From positions 1 through 64,000 of the forward strand of contig CAMAPH010000006.1 in NCBI GenBank assembly GCA_945859975.1: a stretch of DNA of 64,000 nucleotides. Direction: 5' to 3'. How positions within the stretch are numbered: the stretch's first letter is position 1; the number at the start of each line of letters is the position of its first letter. Below, one piece after another: positions 1 to 9,668 of this stretch. The translations under genes were made by a program, and so were the position numbers. The notes beneath the pieces were generated by a model, which was not told the origin of the DNA, did not search any database, and saw only the letters and a list, made by a program, of their open reading frames with translations. Source of the stretch: Chthonomonas calidirosea. GTDB lineage: Bacteria; Armatimonadota; Fimbriimonadia; Fimbriimonadales; Fimbriimonadaceae.

Positions 1-513
1 GTCACTCGTGGCGGCAATACATTTGGCCCATTCCAGTACCCAGAAAAGCTGATCCCCTTCTTCGCCACTCGCTTGATTCAGGGCAAGCACGTTCCCCTTT
101 ATGGCGACGGTAGCCAAATCCGCGAATGGATCCACGCCGAAGATCACGCCGCCGGAGTCCTTCATGTTTTGGAGCACGGACTCGTTGGCGAGGCCTATAA
201 CATCGGCGATGTCAATGAGCGCACTAACCTAGAGATTCTTGAGGTGTTGCTAGAGGAAACCGGCCGAGGTCAGGAGTTGGTGATCAACATCGAGGACCCT
301 CGCAAAGGCGCGCACGACGCGCGCTACAGCATGGCGACCGACAAGCTGCAGGCACTTGGTTGGAAGCCCGAGAAGGACTTCATTCCGTCGCTTTGCAGCA
401 CGATCCAGTGGTATCGGGAGAACCGCGATTGGTGGGAACCGATCGTTCAAGACCCCCAGTACCAAGCGTTCGTCAAGCAGTACTACGGAAAGTACTTAGG
501 CGATCTTCTATAA
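1..513 (+). CDS. rfbB: dTDP-glucose 4,6-dehydratase, 5'-truncated by window edge
   Basis: Frame open from base 1: VTRGGNTFGPFQYPEKLIP...PLYGDGSQIREWIHAEDH...GEAYNIG...HDARY...W..WYRENRDWW, the typical RfbB C-terminal half. Confidence 0.9.
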   Translation, partial: VTRGGNTFGPFQYPEKLIPFFATRLIQGKHVPLYGDGSQIREWIHAEDHAAGVLHVLEHGLVGEAYNIGDVNERTNLEILEVLLEETGRGQELVINIEDPRKGAHDARYSMATDKLQALGWKPEKDFIPSLCSTIQWYRENRDWWEPIVQDPQYQAFVKQYYGKYLGDLL

Positions 514-958
514 ACTGATCTAACTGGCCCCCTTGGAACTGCCACGTGGTGACAAGGGCACGGGATCCGGCTTCTAAATCGGTGGGCTGATCACCTACGA
601 AGAATGATTGAGCTAGGTCAATCGAGAATATTTTGGCCGCGTGGAGAAGCATTCCTGGCTCGGGCTTCCGACACTCACATCTCCCCGTGATCTCTGGATA
701 GTGCGGGCAGAAAAGCACGGCGTCTACCGGTGAGGAAGCGAACATCGCGGCTGTAAACCGGCGAAATTGTTCTTCTGAATAGTAGCCACGAGCGATCCCG
801 GATTGATTCGTAACAACGAAAACGAGGTAGTCCAGTGCCTTCAATCTCTCGATGGCATCGAGAGCACCGGCGGTCCATTCAACGTCCTCGATCCGAGAGA
901 CATAGCCCGTGTCGATGTTGATCACCCCATCACGATCCAGAAAGGCAGCTTTTCTCAC
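473..958 (-). CDS. gmhB: HAD-IIIA phosphatase, D,D-heptose 1,7-bisphosphate phosphatase-like
   Basis: FLDRDGVIN, VVTNQSGIARG, CPH...CECRKPEPGM and VGD motifs. Confidence 0.85.
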   Translation of the reverse strand: MRKAAFLDRDGVINIDTGYVSRIEDVEWTAGALDAIERLKALDYLVFVVTNQSGIARGYYSEEQFRRFTAAMFASSPVDAVLFCPHYPEITGRCECRKPEPGMLLHAAKIFSIDLAQSFFVGDQPTDLEAGSRALVTTWQFQGGQLDQFIEDRLSTFRSTA

Positions 959-2019
959 TTCTTAAATGGGCGGCATATCGGGTCGCCAATGATGATGTCC
1001 TTCCACTTAATAACCGGCGAGGCCATGTAGAAACTCTCGGCGAGATTGTAGCCATCGGTATACCGATCAAACAGGATCGATGGGTTGGCCATGGCAAACA
1101 AATACGGCTCGCTGCAGTACCCCTTCACCCCGGTCACTCCCTGATGAATAAGGTCGGCAATCAAGCTCTGTCCACCCGTCGCGGGCTTAAACGTTCGCGC
1201 CGAGGTAGACACAAAAGTCTCAGCAATTGCTCCCGGGGCAAACTTCAGCTTCCGATACATCTCGGGCCGAAACTGCCGGTCATTAGAACCCCAACTTGCG
1301 TAGCCAATCAGAGCGTCGGACGGTGACGCAAACTCACGCTTCTGGTCGTGAATGACTTGAAACTTCTTATCCCGAAGCTTCATGACGCCTTCGCTAAAGC
1401 TCTCTTGAAAAGTACCGTAGTCGCCCGTTTTGCGATCATCGGCTTCGTCGATCAAAAAGGTGCCATCGACTTTGTAAGCCTTAATGGACTGCTCGATAAG
1501 CTTCTTGACGTCGTCGATTGTGTAGCCATCCAAACGAGTGACAAGGTACATTCCGAACTTCTCGTGGGTAAACGGTTCGGTCTTGCCGTAGTACGGATTG
1601 GGTAGGAAGCCAGCGTTCGGGTCTTTCGCGGCACTTTCCAGGTCCTTGATGTCCATTCCGGCAACGGCCGCATCAATCGAGAGCCCTTTGTTGTTCATTC
1701 GGAACGGGATGCCCTTCGTGAACACAATGTAGTCAATCGGACGATTTAGGCCGGTGAGCTTCTGCCGAATCGGGTTCTCAATGTCTTGCTTGTAACTGGC
1801 AACAACGACCTCTTCAGTCGGCGCGACCGAGATCGTACAAAGATTGCTCGCCGGAATCCCTCGCTTTGCGAGATAGTAATTCCCGATTTCCAAACTGACT
1901 TCGCTACGGCTGTTAACAACGACAAGCACTCTCGATGCTTCTACACTGGGCATCGCGTAAGTCACCGGCGTCCGAGGACCTGCGCAACCCGCCGCTAGGA
2001 TCAAAGCGGGAAAGATCAC
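955..2019 (-). CDS. TIGR03790-like putative lipoprotein (PEP-CTERM/exosortase-associated family)
   Basis: Probable GTG start at 2019; lipobox-like LAAGC; VLVVVN..S..IGNYY..KRGIP, YLVTRLDG, WGSND, GAIAETFVSTS, GYCSEPYL and IGDP motifs. Confidence 0.7.
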   Translation of the reverse strand: MIFPALILAAGCAGPRTPVTYAMPSVEASRVLVVVNSRSEVSLEIGNYYLAKRGIPASNLCTISVAPTEEVVVASYKQDIENPIRQKLTGLNRPIDYIVFTKGIPFRMNNKGLSIDAAVAGMDIKDLESAAKDPNAGFLPNPYYGKTEPFTHEKFGMYLVTRLDGYTIDDVKKLIEQSIKAYKVDGTFLIDEADDRKTGDYGTFQESFSEGVMKLRDKKFQVIHDQKREFASPSDALIGYASWGSNDRQFRPEMYRKLKFAPGAIAETFVSTSARTFKPATGGQSLIADLIHQGVTGVKGYCSEPYLFAMANPSILFDRYTDGYNLAESFYMASPVIKWKDIIIGDPICRPFKK

Positions 2020-2020
2020 A

Positions 2021-3028
2021 TTAACGATAGTAGCCTTTGTACCATTCCGCAAACTTCGCCACCCCATCCTCAATAGATGTAGACGGGCGGAATCCGATTG
2101 CCGTTTCCAGCTTCGACATATCGGCAAAGGTCGCCACCACATCCCCCGGTTGCATCGGCAGCATGATCTTTTCTACTTCCTTGCCAAAAGCCTTCTCCAT
2201 GCACTCGATGAAGTAGAGCAGTTCTACCGGTTCGCTATTCCCGATGTTGAAGATTCGGTACGGAGCAGAGGAAGTATCTGCTGCTGGTTCGAGATTGGAC
2301 CAGCTTTCGTCTGGCGTTGGAACCGCGAAACACGAATCTACAACTCCCTTAACGATGTCATCCACAAAGGTGAAGTCGCGCTTCATCTTCCCGAAGTTAA
2401 ACACCTTAATGGGGTCACCCTTGGAGATTGCTTTTGCGAAGAGCATCGGCGCCATGTCCGGTCGGCCCCAAGGTCCATAGACCGTAAAGAAGCGCAGTCC
2501 GGTCGTGGGCAATCGGAAAAGATGGCTGTAGCTATGCGCGAGCAGTTCGTTGCTCTTCTTCGTCGCGGCGTACATGCTGACCGGGTGGTTGACGCCATCG
2601 GTTTCTGCAAAAGGCATCTTGCCGTTCAGACCATAAACCGAGCTGGACGACGCATACACCAAATGCTCAACCTTGTTGTGCCGACAAGCCTCCAACATGT
2701 TTCCGAATCCGACCAAGTTGCTCTGAATGTAAGCGCCAGGATTCTCCAGAGAGTATCGAACACCGGCCTGAGCACCGAGGTGAATCACATATCGGAACTC
2801 GTTGGCCTTAAAGGCATCGAGCACCGTTTCGTTGTTCGCGAAGTCTCCTTCAATAAACGAGAAGTTGGCTTCGCCTTCAAGCTGAGCTAAGCGGTCGCGC
2901 TTCAGTTGAACTTCGTAATAGTCATTGACGTTGTCGAGTCCAACCACGCGATAGCCGCGCCGAATAAGCTCCAAACTCGTGTGGAATCCAATGAAGCCCG
3001 CGGCTCCGGTAACAAGAATAGTGTCCAT
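2021..3028 (-). CDS. NAD-dependent epimerase, UDP-glucuronate 4-epimerase type
   Basis: VTGAAGFIG, HLGAQAGVRYSLENP, YAATKK, FFTVYGPWGRPDMA. Confidence 0.9.
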   Translation of the reverse strand: MDTILVTGAAGFIGFHTSLELIRRGYRVVGLDNVNDYYEVQLKRDRLAQLEGEANFSFIEGDFANNETVLDAFKANEFRYVIHLGAQAGVRYSLENPGAYIQSNLVGFGNMLEACRHNKVEHLVYASSSSVYGLNGKMPFAETDGVNHPVSMYAATKKSNELLAHSYSHLFRLPTTGLRFFTVYGPWGRPDMAPMLFAKAISKGDPIKVFNFGKMKRDFTFVDDIVKGVVDSCFAVPTPDESWSNLEPAADTSSAPYRIFNIGNSEPVELLYFIECMEKAFGKEVEKIMLPMQPGDVVATFADMSKLETAIGFRPSTSIEDGVAKFAEWYKGYYR

Positions 3029-3040
3029 GATTGCTTTTTC

Positions 3041-3979
3041 CTAGCTCACATTGAGCTCAGCTCGGTAGTACTCAACCGTCTTGCGCAAACCTTCCATCAA
3101 GCTTGTGGTGGGCTGCCAGCCGAGCACGTCGTAGGCTCGTTGAATGTCGGGATGGCGTTGCTTCGGGTCATCCTCCGCCGCCGGATAATGTACCGTTCGG
3201 CAAGGAATCCCAACGGCCTCCGAGACCGCTTCTGCAAACTGCAGCATGGTCATCTCTTGGTGCGTGCCGAAGTTGACCGGGTCCTGGAAGTCGCTCAAAG
3301 CAAGGCGAACCACGCCGTCGAGGATGTCCTCGTAATAACCGAAAGACCGGGTCTGATGTCCCTCGCCGTAGATCGTCAGCGGTTCGCCCAACAGCGCCTG
3401 CCGAATGAAATTTGGCACGACTCGCCCGTCGTCCATCCGCATTCGCGGACCGTAAGTGTTGAAGAATCGTGCGATCCGGACTTGCACTCCACGGTAATCC
3501 CGATAGGTGACCGTCGCCGCTTCGGCATACCGCTTCCCTTCGTCGTAACACGCCCTCGGACCAACCGAATTCACATTGCCCCAGTAGGTTTCAGGCTGCG
3601 GGTGAACAATCGGGTCGCCGTACACCTCGCTCGTTGAAGCGAGGAAGAAGGTCGCCCCTTTACGCTCGGCTAGATCCAGCCCGTGGTGGGTGGCAAACGA
3701 TCCACAACGCAAAACCTCAACCGGAATGCGTTTGAACTCGGCCGGGCTCGCCGGACTCGCAAAGTGGAAGATGAAATCAACCGGCCCATCGACATCAAAT
3801 GGATCCGCAACATCGTGCTGAACGAAAACGAGATTGGGGTTCCCTTCCAAGTGCGCGAGGTTCCGCAACTGTCCGGTGATCAAATTATCGATGACCGTAA
3901 CTCTGAAATTCCGCGCGATCAAGGAGTCCGCCAAATGCGACCCCAAGAATCCCGCTCCACCTGTAATTACGGCGTGCAT
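3041..3979 (-). CDS. UDP-glucuronate decarboxylase (UDP-xylose synthase) family
   Basis: TGGAGFLGSHL, ASPASP, ASTSEVYGDP, YWGNVN..GPRACYDEGKR, FNTYGPRM..DDGRVV. Confidence 0.9.
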   Translation of the reverse strand: MHAVITGGAGFLGSHLADSLIARNFRVTVIDNLITGQLRNLAHLEGNPNLVFVQHDVADPFDVDGPVDFIFHFASPASPAEFKRIPVEVLRCGSFATHHGLDLAERKGATFFLASTSEVYGDPIVHPQPETYWGNVNSVGPRACYDEGKRYAEAATVTYRDYRGVQVRIARFFNTYGPRMRMDDGRVVPNFIRQALLGEPLTIYGEGHQTRSFGYYEDILDGVVRLALSDFQDPVNFGTHQEMTMLQFAEAVSEAVGIPCRTVHYPAAEDDPKQRHPDIQRAYDVLGWQPTTSLMEGLRKTVEYYRAELNVS

Positions 3980-4093
3980 CGGTGCCTATAGATTAGCCCA
4001 GAGCCGCCCTTAAAGTCATCTTTACAGGGCATGTGTCAGAATCCGTCCGTCGGTTTGGCGGATGTCGCCTTCCGAGAAACAAGCGAGAGCAAG

Positions 4094-5386
4094 ATGAAAG
4101 TTGCAGTTATAGGAACGGGATACGTTGGCCTGGTAACGGGTGTTGTGCTAGCAGAGCTAGGCAACGATGTGATCTGCGTGGATAACGACCAGTCGAAGCT
4201 GGACAGCATCCAACGGGGCGAATCGCCGATCTACGAACCAGGGCTGGAAGAGCTGATGCGAAAAGGAATCCACGAAGGATTTCTCACCGTTTCGAATTCC
4301 ATCGCCGACGCTGCGAGCAAGAGCGACGTCATCTTCATCGCCGTTGGCACCCCGCCGGGCGATGACGGCACTCCCGATCTGACTGCCGTTCGCGCCGTTG
4401 CGAAGAGCATCGGCCAAGCCATTACCCACCAGACCGTTGTCGTCAACAAGTCCACCGTTCCCGTGGGCTCCGGCGAACTCGTCGAGCAAATCATTCTGGA
4501 GCAAGGCGTTCCTGCCCACCTCTTCGACGTGGTTTCGAACCCAGAATTTCTGCGGGAAGGTTCGGCCATCCATGACACGCTGCACCCCGATCGAATCGTC
4601 ATCGGCGCCAAGAAGAAAGAAGCCGCCATGCGACTCGTCGAGCTTTACGCGACGCTTGAAGCGCCAATGGTCATCACCGACCTCAACTCGGCCGAACTCA
4701 TCAAGTACGCCAGCAACTCGTTTTTGGCGATGAAAATCAGCTTTATCAACGCGATCAGCCGCATCTGCGAACTCGCGGACGCCAACGTCGCGGACGTTTC
4801 GAAGGGCATGGGCATGGACAAGCGAATCGGTTCGCAGTTCCTCTCGGCCGGTCTCGGCTGGGGCGGTTCTTGCTTCCCGAAAGACGTCCTCGGCATGCTC
4901 AGCACGGCGAAGCGCTACGGCTACGACTTCGACCTCATGCAGAACGTCATCGACATCAACGATGACCAAACCTTGAACTTCGTTCGCCGCATCGAAAAGC
5001 GACTTGGCGGACTCGCCGGCAAGCGAATCGGAATCATGGGCCTCGCCTTCAAGCCGAACACCGATGACATCCGCGACGCCAAGTCGCTCATCATCGTCGA
5101 GGAAATCGTGAAAGCCGGTGGAATCGTCTCCGCTTACGACCCGATCGCAGCAGAAAACTTCAAGCGCGTCTTCCCAGACATTGAATACAAGGACGGCGTT
5201 TACGACGTCTCCGAGGATGCCGACGCTCTCGTACTCGTTACCGAGTGGAACGAGTTCCGCCAGCTAGACCTGAACCGCTTGGGCAGCAAGATGAAGAGCC
5301 GAGTCCTCTTTGATGGCCGACGCGTTTACAAGCGAGAAACCGCCGAAAGAGCTGGCTTCGATTACTACACCATCGGTAGTCGCTGA
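4094..5386 (+). CDS. ugd: UDP-glucose 6-dehydrogenase
   Basis: MKVAVIGTGYVGL, KSTVPVG, SNPEFLREG, GGSCFPKD, GLAFKPNTDDIR. Confidence 0.95.
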   Translation: MKVAVIGTGYVGLVTGVVLAELGNDVICVDNDQSKLDSIQRGESPIYEPGLEELMRKGIHEGFLTVSNSIADAASKSDVIFIAVGTPPGDDGTPDLTAVRAVAKSIGQAITHQTVVVNKSTVPVGSGELVEQIILEQGVPAHLFDVVSNPEFLREGSAIHDTLHPDRIVIGAKKKEAAMRLVELYATLEAPMVITDLNSAELIKYASNSFLAMKISFINAISRICELADANVADVSKGMGMDKRIGSQFLSAGLGWGGSCFPKDVLGMLSTAKRYGYDFDLMQNVIDINDDQTLNFVRRIEKRLGGLAGKRIGIMGLAFKPNTDDIRDAKSLIIVEEIVKAGGIVSAYDPIAAENFKRVFPDIEYKDGVYDVSEDADALVLVTEWNEFRQLDLNRLGSKMKSRVLFDGRRVYKRETAERAGFDYYTIGSR

Positions 5387-5387
5387 A

Positions 5388-6038
5388 CTACAGAACTCCG
5401 TTACTCTGCTTACCCACCGCTTCCAACAAGGAAGCGGTGAATTTTTTCATCTGCTCCTCATCCGTGCTCGGACTGAGGGCGATGATTCGATAGAATGTCC
5501 CTTCCTGCACCTTGCCGGTCGAAAGCTCAGCCTTGAAGATGTCGAAAAGCAACCGAAGTGGCGCAGGGTTGTAGCCCGCTGGCCCCTTGTAGGTGTACGC
5601 CGCGAGTCGCGACTCGCCGTTCATCTTGGTCTCCACAAACGAGACCGGTATTTTCTCGCCGGTACTTGTGGTCACAGACACGCCACGCTCGTTGATCAGT
5701 TCCGAACCTTGAGACTGGAAACAAACGCGAGGGTCGTGGAAGCTGTCGCTGTTATCGCTGTTGACGAGAACGACGTCGTATTGCTCGCCACCCTTGGAAT
5801 AGACACGAGACACGATGCCCGATGGGTTCAGGGTGTCGTACACCATCTTGTCCATCTTGTAGCTCTGCTTCGGATTGTCCTGGCTGGGCACGTACTCGAA
5901 ACCATCGATCTTCTCCGGGATTTGATCCTCCAGCCAGGCTTCTGTTCGCTTGGCTGCAACCGGGCGCGGCGCTAGCGTTGAGGCGACCGCCGTCAGACCC
6001 ACCAAAGCGATCACAACGATAAATCCAGTTTTGTTCAT
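5388..6038 (-). CDS. EpsI-family exosortase-associated protein
   Basis: N-terminal hydrophobic anchor, FHDPRVCFQSQG motif, translationally coupled downstream of the exosortase. Confidence 0.8.
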   Translation of the reverse strand: MNKTGFIVVIALVGLTAVASTLAPRPVAAKRTEAWLEDQIPEKIDGFEYVPSQDNPKQSYKMDKMVYDTLNPSGIVSRVYSKGGEQYDVVLVNSDNSDSFHDPRVCFQSQGSELINERGVSVTTSTGEKIPVSFVETKMNGESRLAAYTYKGPAGYNPAPLRLLFDIFKAELSTGKVQEGTFYRIIALSPSTDEEQMKKFTASLLEAVGKQSNGVL

Positions 6039-6946
6039 TACTTCCACCCCAGCGCGCGGCAAACCTTTTGTAGAACGATGAAGCAGATCACCAAGCTGAT
6101 GTAACCGCTGTAATCGTGGAACTGGTGGCCCGCATCGTAGCCGTACGTATTACCAACTACGCCAATCATCGCGATTCGGACTCCATTAATCAGAATTGCA
6201 AACGGAATGATGAAGACGGCAAGAAACGCGTTTGCCCACCATTGCAGCTTCGCGATGTACATAAAGAACACCATCAGCGCGATGAGCGACAACATGAGCC
6301 GCAAGCCGCTGCACGGCGCTCCCACGTTCATTTCAAACTGATCCAGCATGATCGTGACGCTGTCCGCCCGGTACATCTGGTAGCCCATGCCGCGAAGGAG
6401 CTCGAACGAAACCTTGGCCGAAATCTCCTGCATTGGCTGAGTAAATCGGTCAATCACCCAGTTCCAAACCGGAAGCCCAAACAGCAAGTAGAGGGTGGCT
6501 GGGAGAGCCGCAACCAGCATTTTCCAACCTGCGATCGCCCAAACCGCCAGTGCGATGGTCGCAATAAACAACAAGGACAAGGTGAAAGCCATGCCCGTTC
6601 TTGCGGCCACCCATGTGATGTACAAGACGGGTATGAGCAGAATCGCGGCCAAATATGCTGGCTTCTTATTGATCTTCTCCAGCTCAGGCCAGCGCGTCCA
6701 CAACATGTAGCCCGAGATAATCGGCACCAAGATGCCGTGAGAATAGTACGACTCGGACCGGAACCAGAGGCTCGGCAAACCCGCTAGGAGCCCGGAGAAC
6801 AGGGCACAGATGGCTACCGTCAGCGCCACCGCCCAGGGAAACCCCTCAGATTTAACGATGGTCTGCCAATCGACCGACGCCGTTTTTTCTTTTACCGGTT
6901 CGGTCACCGTTGCACTTGGACCCACATTGGTTGCTTGACTCGCCAT
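6038..6946 (-). CDS. Exosortase (EpsH family)
   Basis: Multi-TM protein with YYSHG, catalytic-like APCSGLR, INGVRI and QFHDYSG (Cys/Arg/His triad). Confidence 0.9.
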   Translation of the reverse strand: MASQATNVGPSATVTEPVKEKTASVDWQTIVKSEGFPWAVALTVAICALFSGLLAGLPSLWFRSESYYSHGILVPIISGYMLWTRWPELEKINKKPAYLAAILLIPVLYITWVAARTGMAFTLSLLFIATIALAVWAIAGWKMLVAALPATLYLLFGLPVWNWVIDRFTQPMQEISAKVSFELLRGMGYQMYRADSVTIMLDQFEMNVGAPCSGLRLMLSLIALMVFFMYIAKLQWWANAFLAVFIIPFAILINGVRIAMIGVVGNTYGYDAGHQFHDYSGYISLVICFIVLQKVCRALGWK

Positions 6947-7089
6947 CTTTCTCCCTATAATAGGACATCGATAGATAACCCTTTATCGCTCATCTGAGGG
7001 GGTAACCCTTTCGTGCCTCTAAAGATGATGTCCATTTTCGCCATCCTTACAATGGGACAGCTTGGATTGATTGTCCTAGTGAGCCAGAT

Positions 7090-9147
7090 ATGGATGTTGT
7101 GAAAGCTCAACCGACGGATGCATCGTTCCGAGATTTCTTGGAGGCGGTGAAGCGCCAGCGTTGGGTCGTCATGATTTCCCTTGTCATCGCCGCCGGAGCC
7201 GGGCTCGCCGCGATCCTACTTGTTGAACCGACTTATCAGTCCTCCACGCGAATCGTTGTCGAAGGTCGCTCGGGCCAGCAAGCCGCCCCGGTCAACACCC
7301 AGGACCCGCTCTTTAAGGTCACGGCGCCGATCGTTACGGACATCCCCACTCAGCTTGAACAGATTCAATCCGGCGTTGTCGTGAGCAACGCAGTCCAAAC
7401 CGTCATCGGCCGCGACGCCTCGCTCACACCAAAAGAGCCGGGCGACCCGGAGGTCTCCGCCCGCCAAGTCGGACTCACAAACGTTATCGAAGTCACCGTC
7501 ACGTCGTCAAACGGCGAACTCGCTCGTCGAGTGGCCGACCAGCTGCCCGAGACTTACAAAACCCTGGTCGTCGACCGCAACAGCGCGGAGCTTCGCCAAG
7601 CCATCGTCTTCTTAGATGGTCTTCAGGAAAAGGCAAAGACTAGCCTTGCCGAAGCTGAAACCCAGCTTGGAAAGTTCTTGTTGGATAACAAACTTTCTCC
7701 GAGCGAAACCGAGGCCGTTGACCGAAGTGCGGTTGAAATTCGAGCAGAACAGGAATACAACGCCACCCTCACCGAATTTGATTCGGAAACGGAATATCTC
7801 AAACAAGTCAAATCCGAGCGGGACAAGCTGCCAAAAACGATTCCAAACCAAACGGTCGAGAAGAATATTGACCAAATCCAGGCCGCCAACCAAAAGCTGA
7901 GCGACCTGAAATCCGAACGAGATCGCGTCTCACAAATTTTTGACGACCGCGCCGTCGAATTCAAACAAATCGATGCTCAGGTCAAGTCGCAGGAATCGTA
8001 TATCGCGAGTCTGCCTAAAGTTCTGGATAACCAGCGAGTAGTCCGCAACCCAGCCCTGCAGCTTTACGACGACAAAATTGCCGAGTCGCAAGCGCGAATG
8101 AAAGCTGCCGAAGCACGAGTGACCCAGCGAAAACGAGTTTGGGACGAAGCTCGGGAACGACTGAACAAGTACAGCGAGCTTCGAGACAAGATTTCTGGCT
8201 TGCGCCGCCAGGTCGAACTTCTAAAGGCCGATCTTGATAACACGTCGCGGTCCTCTCAACAGTTGAAGGTCTACGAGAACTCGATCCGAAACCCGGTCGA
8301 AATCATTCAGTTGCCGTCCGAGCCAAAGCGAAACAAGCCAAACCCACCTCTCTACATCGGCTTTGCGCTTGTTGCGGGACTGGTCGTCGCTTTCATCATC
8401 ACGATTGTTCGAGATCGCCTCGAGGACAAGGTCACGACGCTAGATCAGGCGTACCGAATTGCGAATGCACCAACCCTCGGCTACGTGCCGCCGCGAGCCT
8501 TCGGAAAGGCGGCCCGAAAGTCGAAGGCCCTGCCTTCCCGGGTCATGGAGAACTACCGAATCGTTCGGTCGAACGTTCTCTTCTCGCTCACTGAGCATCC
8601 GTTCAAATCCATGATGATTACGAGCACTGGCGCAGGCGAAGGAAAGTCGGAAGTTGCCTCAAACCTGGCCATCGCAATGGACGGCACCGGCAAATCGGTC
8701 CTCTTGGTGGACGCAAACATGCACCGACCCGCTATCCATGACCGGTTTAGCCTAGAGCGAGGACCTGGACTTTCCGACCTGCTCTCAAACCAACAGGACC
8801 TCGGAACCGTGACTCGGAGTGCTGAGATTGAAGGCCTGCACCTCATCACGGCAGGGTCCGGAGAAGTTAGCCTGGCCGATGGCTTGGGCAGCGGAGCGAT
8901 GCAAAAAATGTATCGCGAAATGATCGAGCGATACGACCTCGTTATCTTCGACACTCCTGCCATGCTTCCCCGCTCTGATGCGTTGAGCCTTTCCGCGACG
9001 GTCGATACCGTTGTCTTCGTCGTGAAGCCCGGGGCGACGACCAAGACCCTCATGCGGTACTGCATCGAGCTTCTCCGCCACGCCCACGCACGCTTGCTCG
9101 GAGTTGTCTTCACCAACACCGAGTTCTATTCCGAGGACTTGAACTAG
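7090..9147 (+). CDS. Polysaccharide co-polymerase / tyrosine autokinase (Wzc-like)
   Basis: N-terminal TM, coiled-coil region, second TM, ENYRIVRSN, Walker A STGAGEGKS, LLVDAN, VIFDTP. Confidence 0.88.
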   Translation: MDVVKAQPTDASFRDFLEAVKRQRWVVMISLVIAAGAGLAAILLVEPTYQSSTRIVVEGRSGQQAAPVNTQDPLFKVTAPIVTDIPTQLEQIQSGVVVSNAVQTVIGRDASLTPKEPGDPEVSARQVGLTNVIEVTVTSSNGELARRVADQLPETYKTLVVDRNSAELRQAIVFLDGLQEKAKTSLAEAETQLGKFLLDNKLSPSETEAVDRSAVEIRAEQEYNATLTEFDSETEYLKQVKSERDKLPKTIPNQTVEKNIDQIQAANQKLSDLKSERDRVSQIFDDRAVEFKQIDAQVKSQESYIASLPKVLDNQRVVRNPALQLYDDKIAESQARMKAAEARVTQRKRVWDEARERLNKYSELRDKISGLRRQVELLKADLDNTSRSSQQLKVYENSIRNPVEIIQLPSEPKRNKPNPPLYIGFALVAGLVVAFIITIVRDRLEDKVTTLDQAYRIANAPTLGYVPPRAFGKAARKSKALPSRVMENYRIVRSNVLFSLTEHPFKSMMITSTGAGEGKSEVASNLAIAMDGTGKSVLLVDANMHRPAIHDRFSLERGPGLSDLLSNQQDLGTVTRSAEIEGLHLITAGSGEVSLADGLGSGAMQKMYREMIERYDLVIFDTPAMLPRSDALSLSATVDTVVFVVKPGATTKTLMRYCIELLRHAHARLLGVVFTNTEFYSEDLN

Positions 9148-9149
9148 AC

Positions 9150-9659
9150 ATGGATGCGATCATGCGCCGCATTTTCCGCTGGCGATTGGATCGCTACAAG
9201 AAACGCGGACTGCAGATTGCCGACGATTGCCGCATGGAAGGCATGCCGATGTTCGGTAGCGAGCCGTACTTGGTGAGCATTGGCAAGCACTGTTTGCTTT
9301 CGGGAAAGGTGACGTTCATCACTCACGATGGCAGCACTTTCGTTTTCCGAAACCGCCCGGAGTATTCCGATGTGATCAAGTTTGGCCGCATCACCGTTCA
9401 CGATAACTGCTTCATTGGCTATGGTGTGACGATCCTTCCGGGCGTAAGCATTGGACCGAACGCCATCGTTGCGGCCGGAGCGCTCGTGACGAAGGACGTG
9501 CCCGAAGGCACCGTCGTGGCCGGACTGCCAGCAAAAGTGATGATGACCGTGGACGAATACGCAGAGAAAGTAAAAGCCGCCACCCCTGACTACGATCGAG
9601 ACCTGTACAAATCGGACAAACGAGCCGAACTCCTTCGGCTGTATCCTTACCCGTGGTGA
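9150..9659 (+). CDS. Hexapeptide-repeat O-acyltransferase
   Basis: LbH repeats; FIGYGVTILPGVSIG..AIVAAGALVTKDVP..TVVAGLPAK. Confidence 0.85.
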   Translation: MDAIMRRIFRWRLDRYKKRGLQIADDCRMEGMPMFGSEPYLVSIGKHCLLSGKVTFITHDGSTFVFRNRPEYSDVIKFGRITVHDNCFIGYGVTILPGVSIGPNAIVAAGALVTKDVPEGTVVAGLPAKVMMTVDEYAEKVKAATPDYDRDLYKSDKRAELLRLYPYPW

Positions 9660-9668
9660 ATCCTCCTC

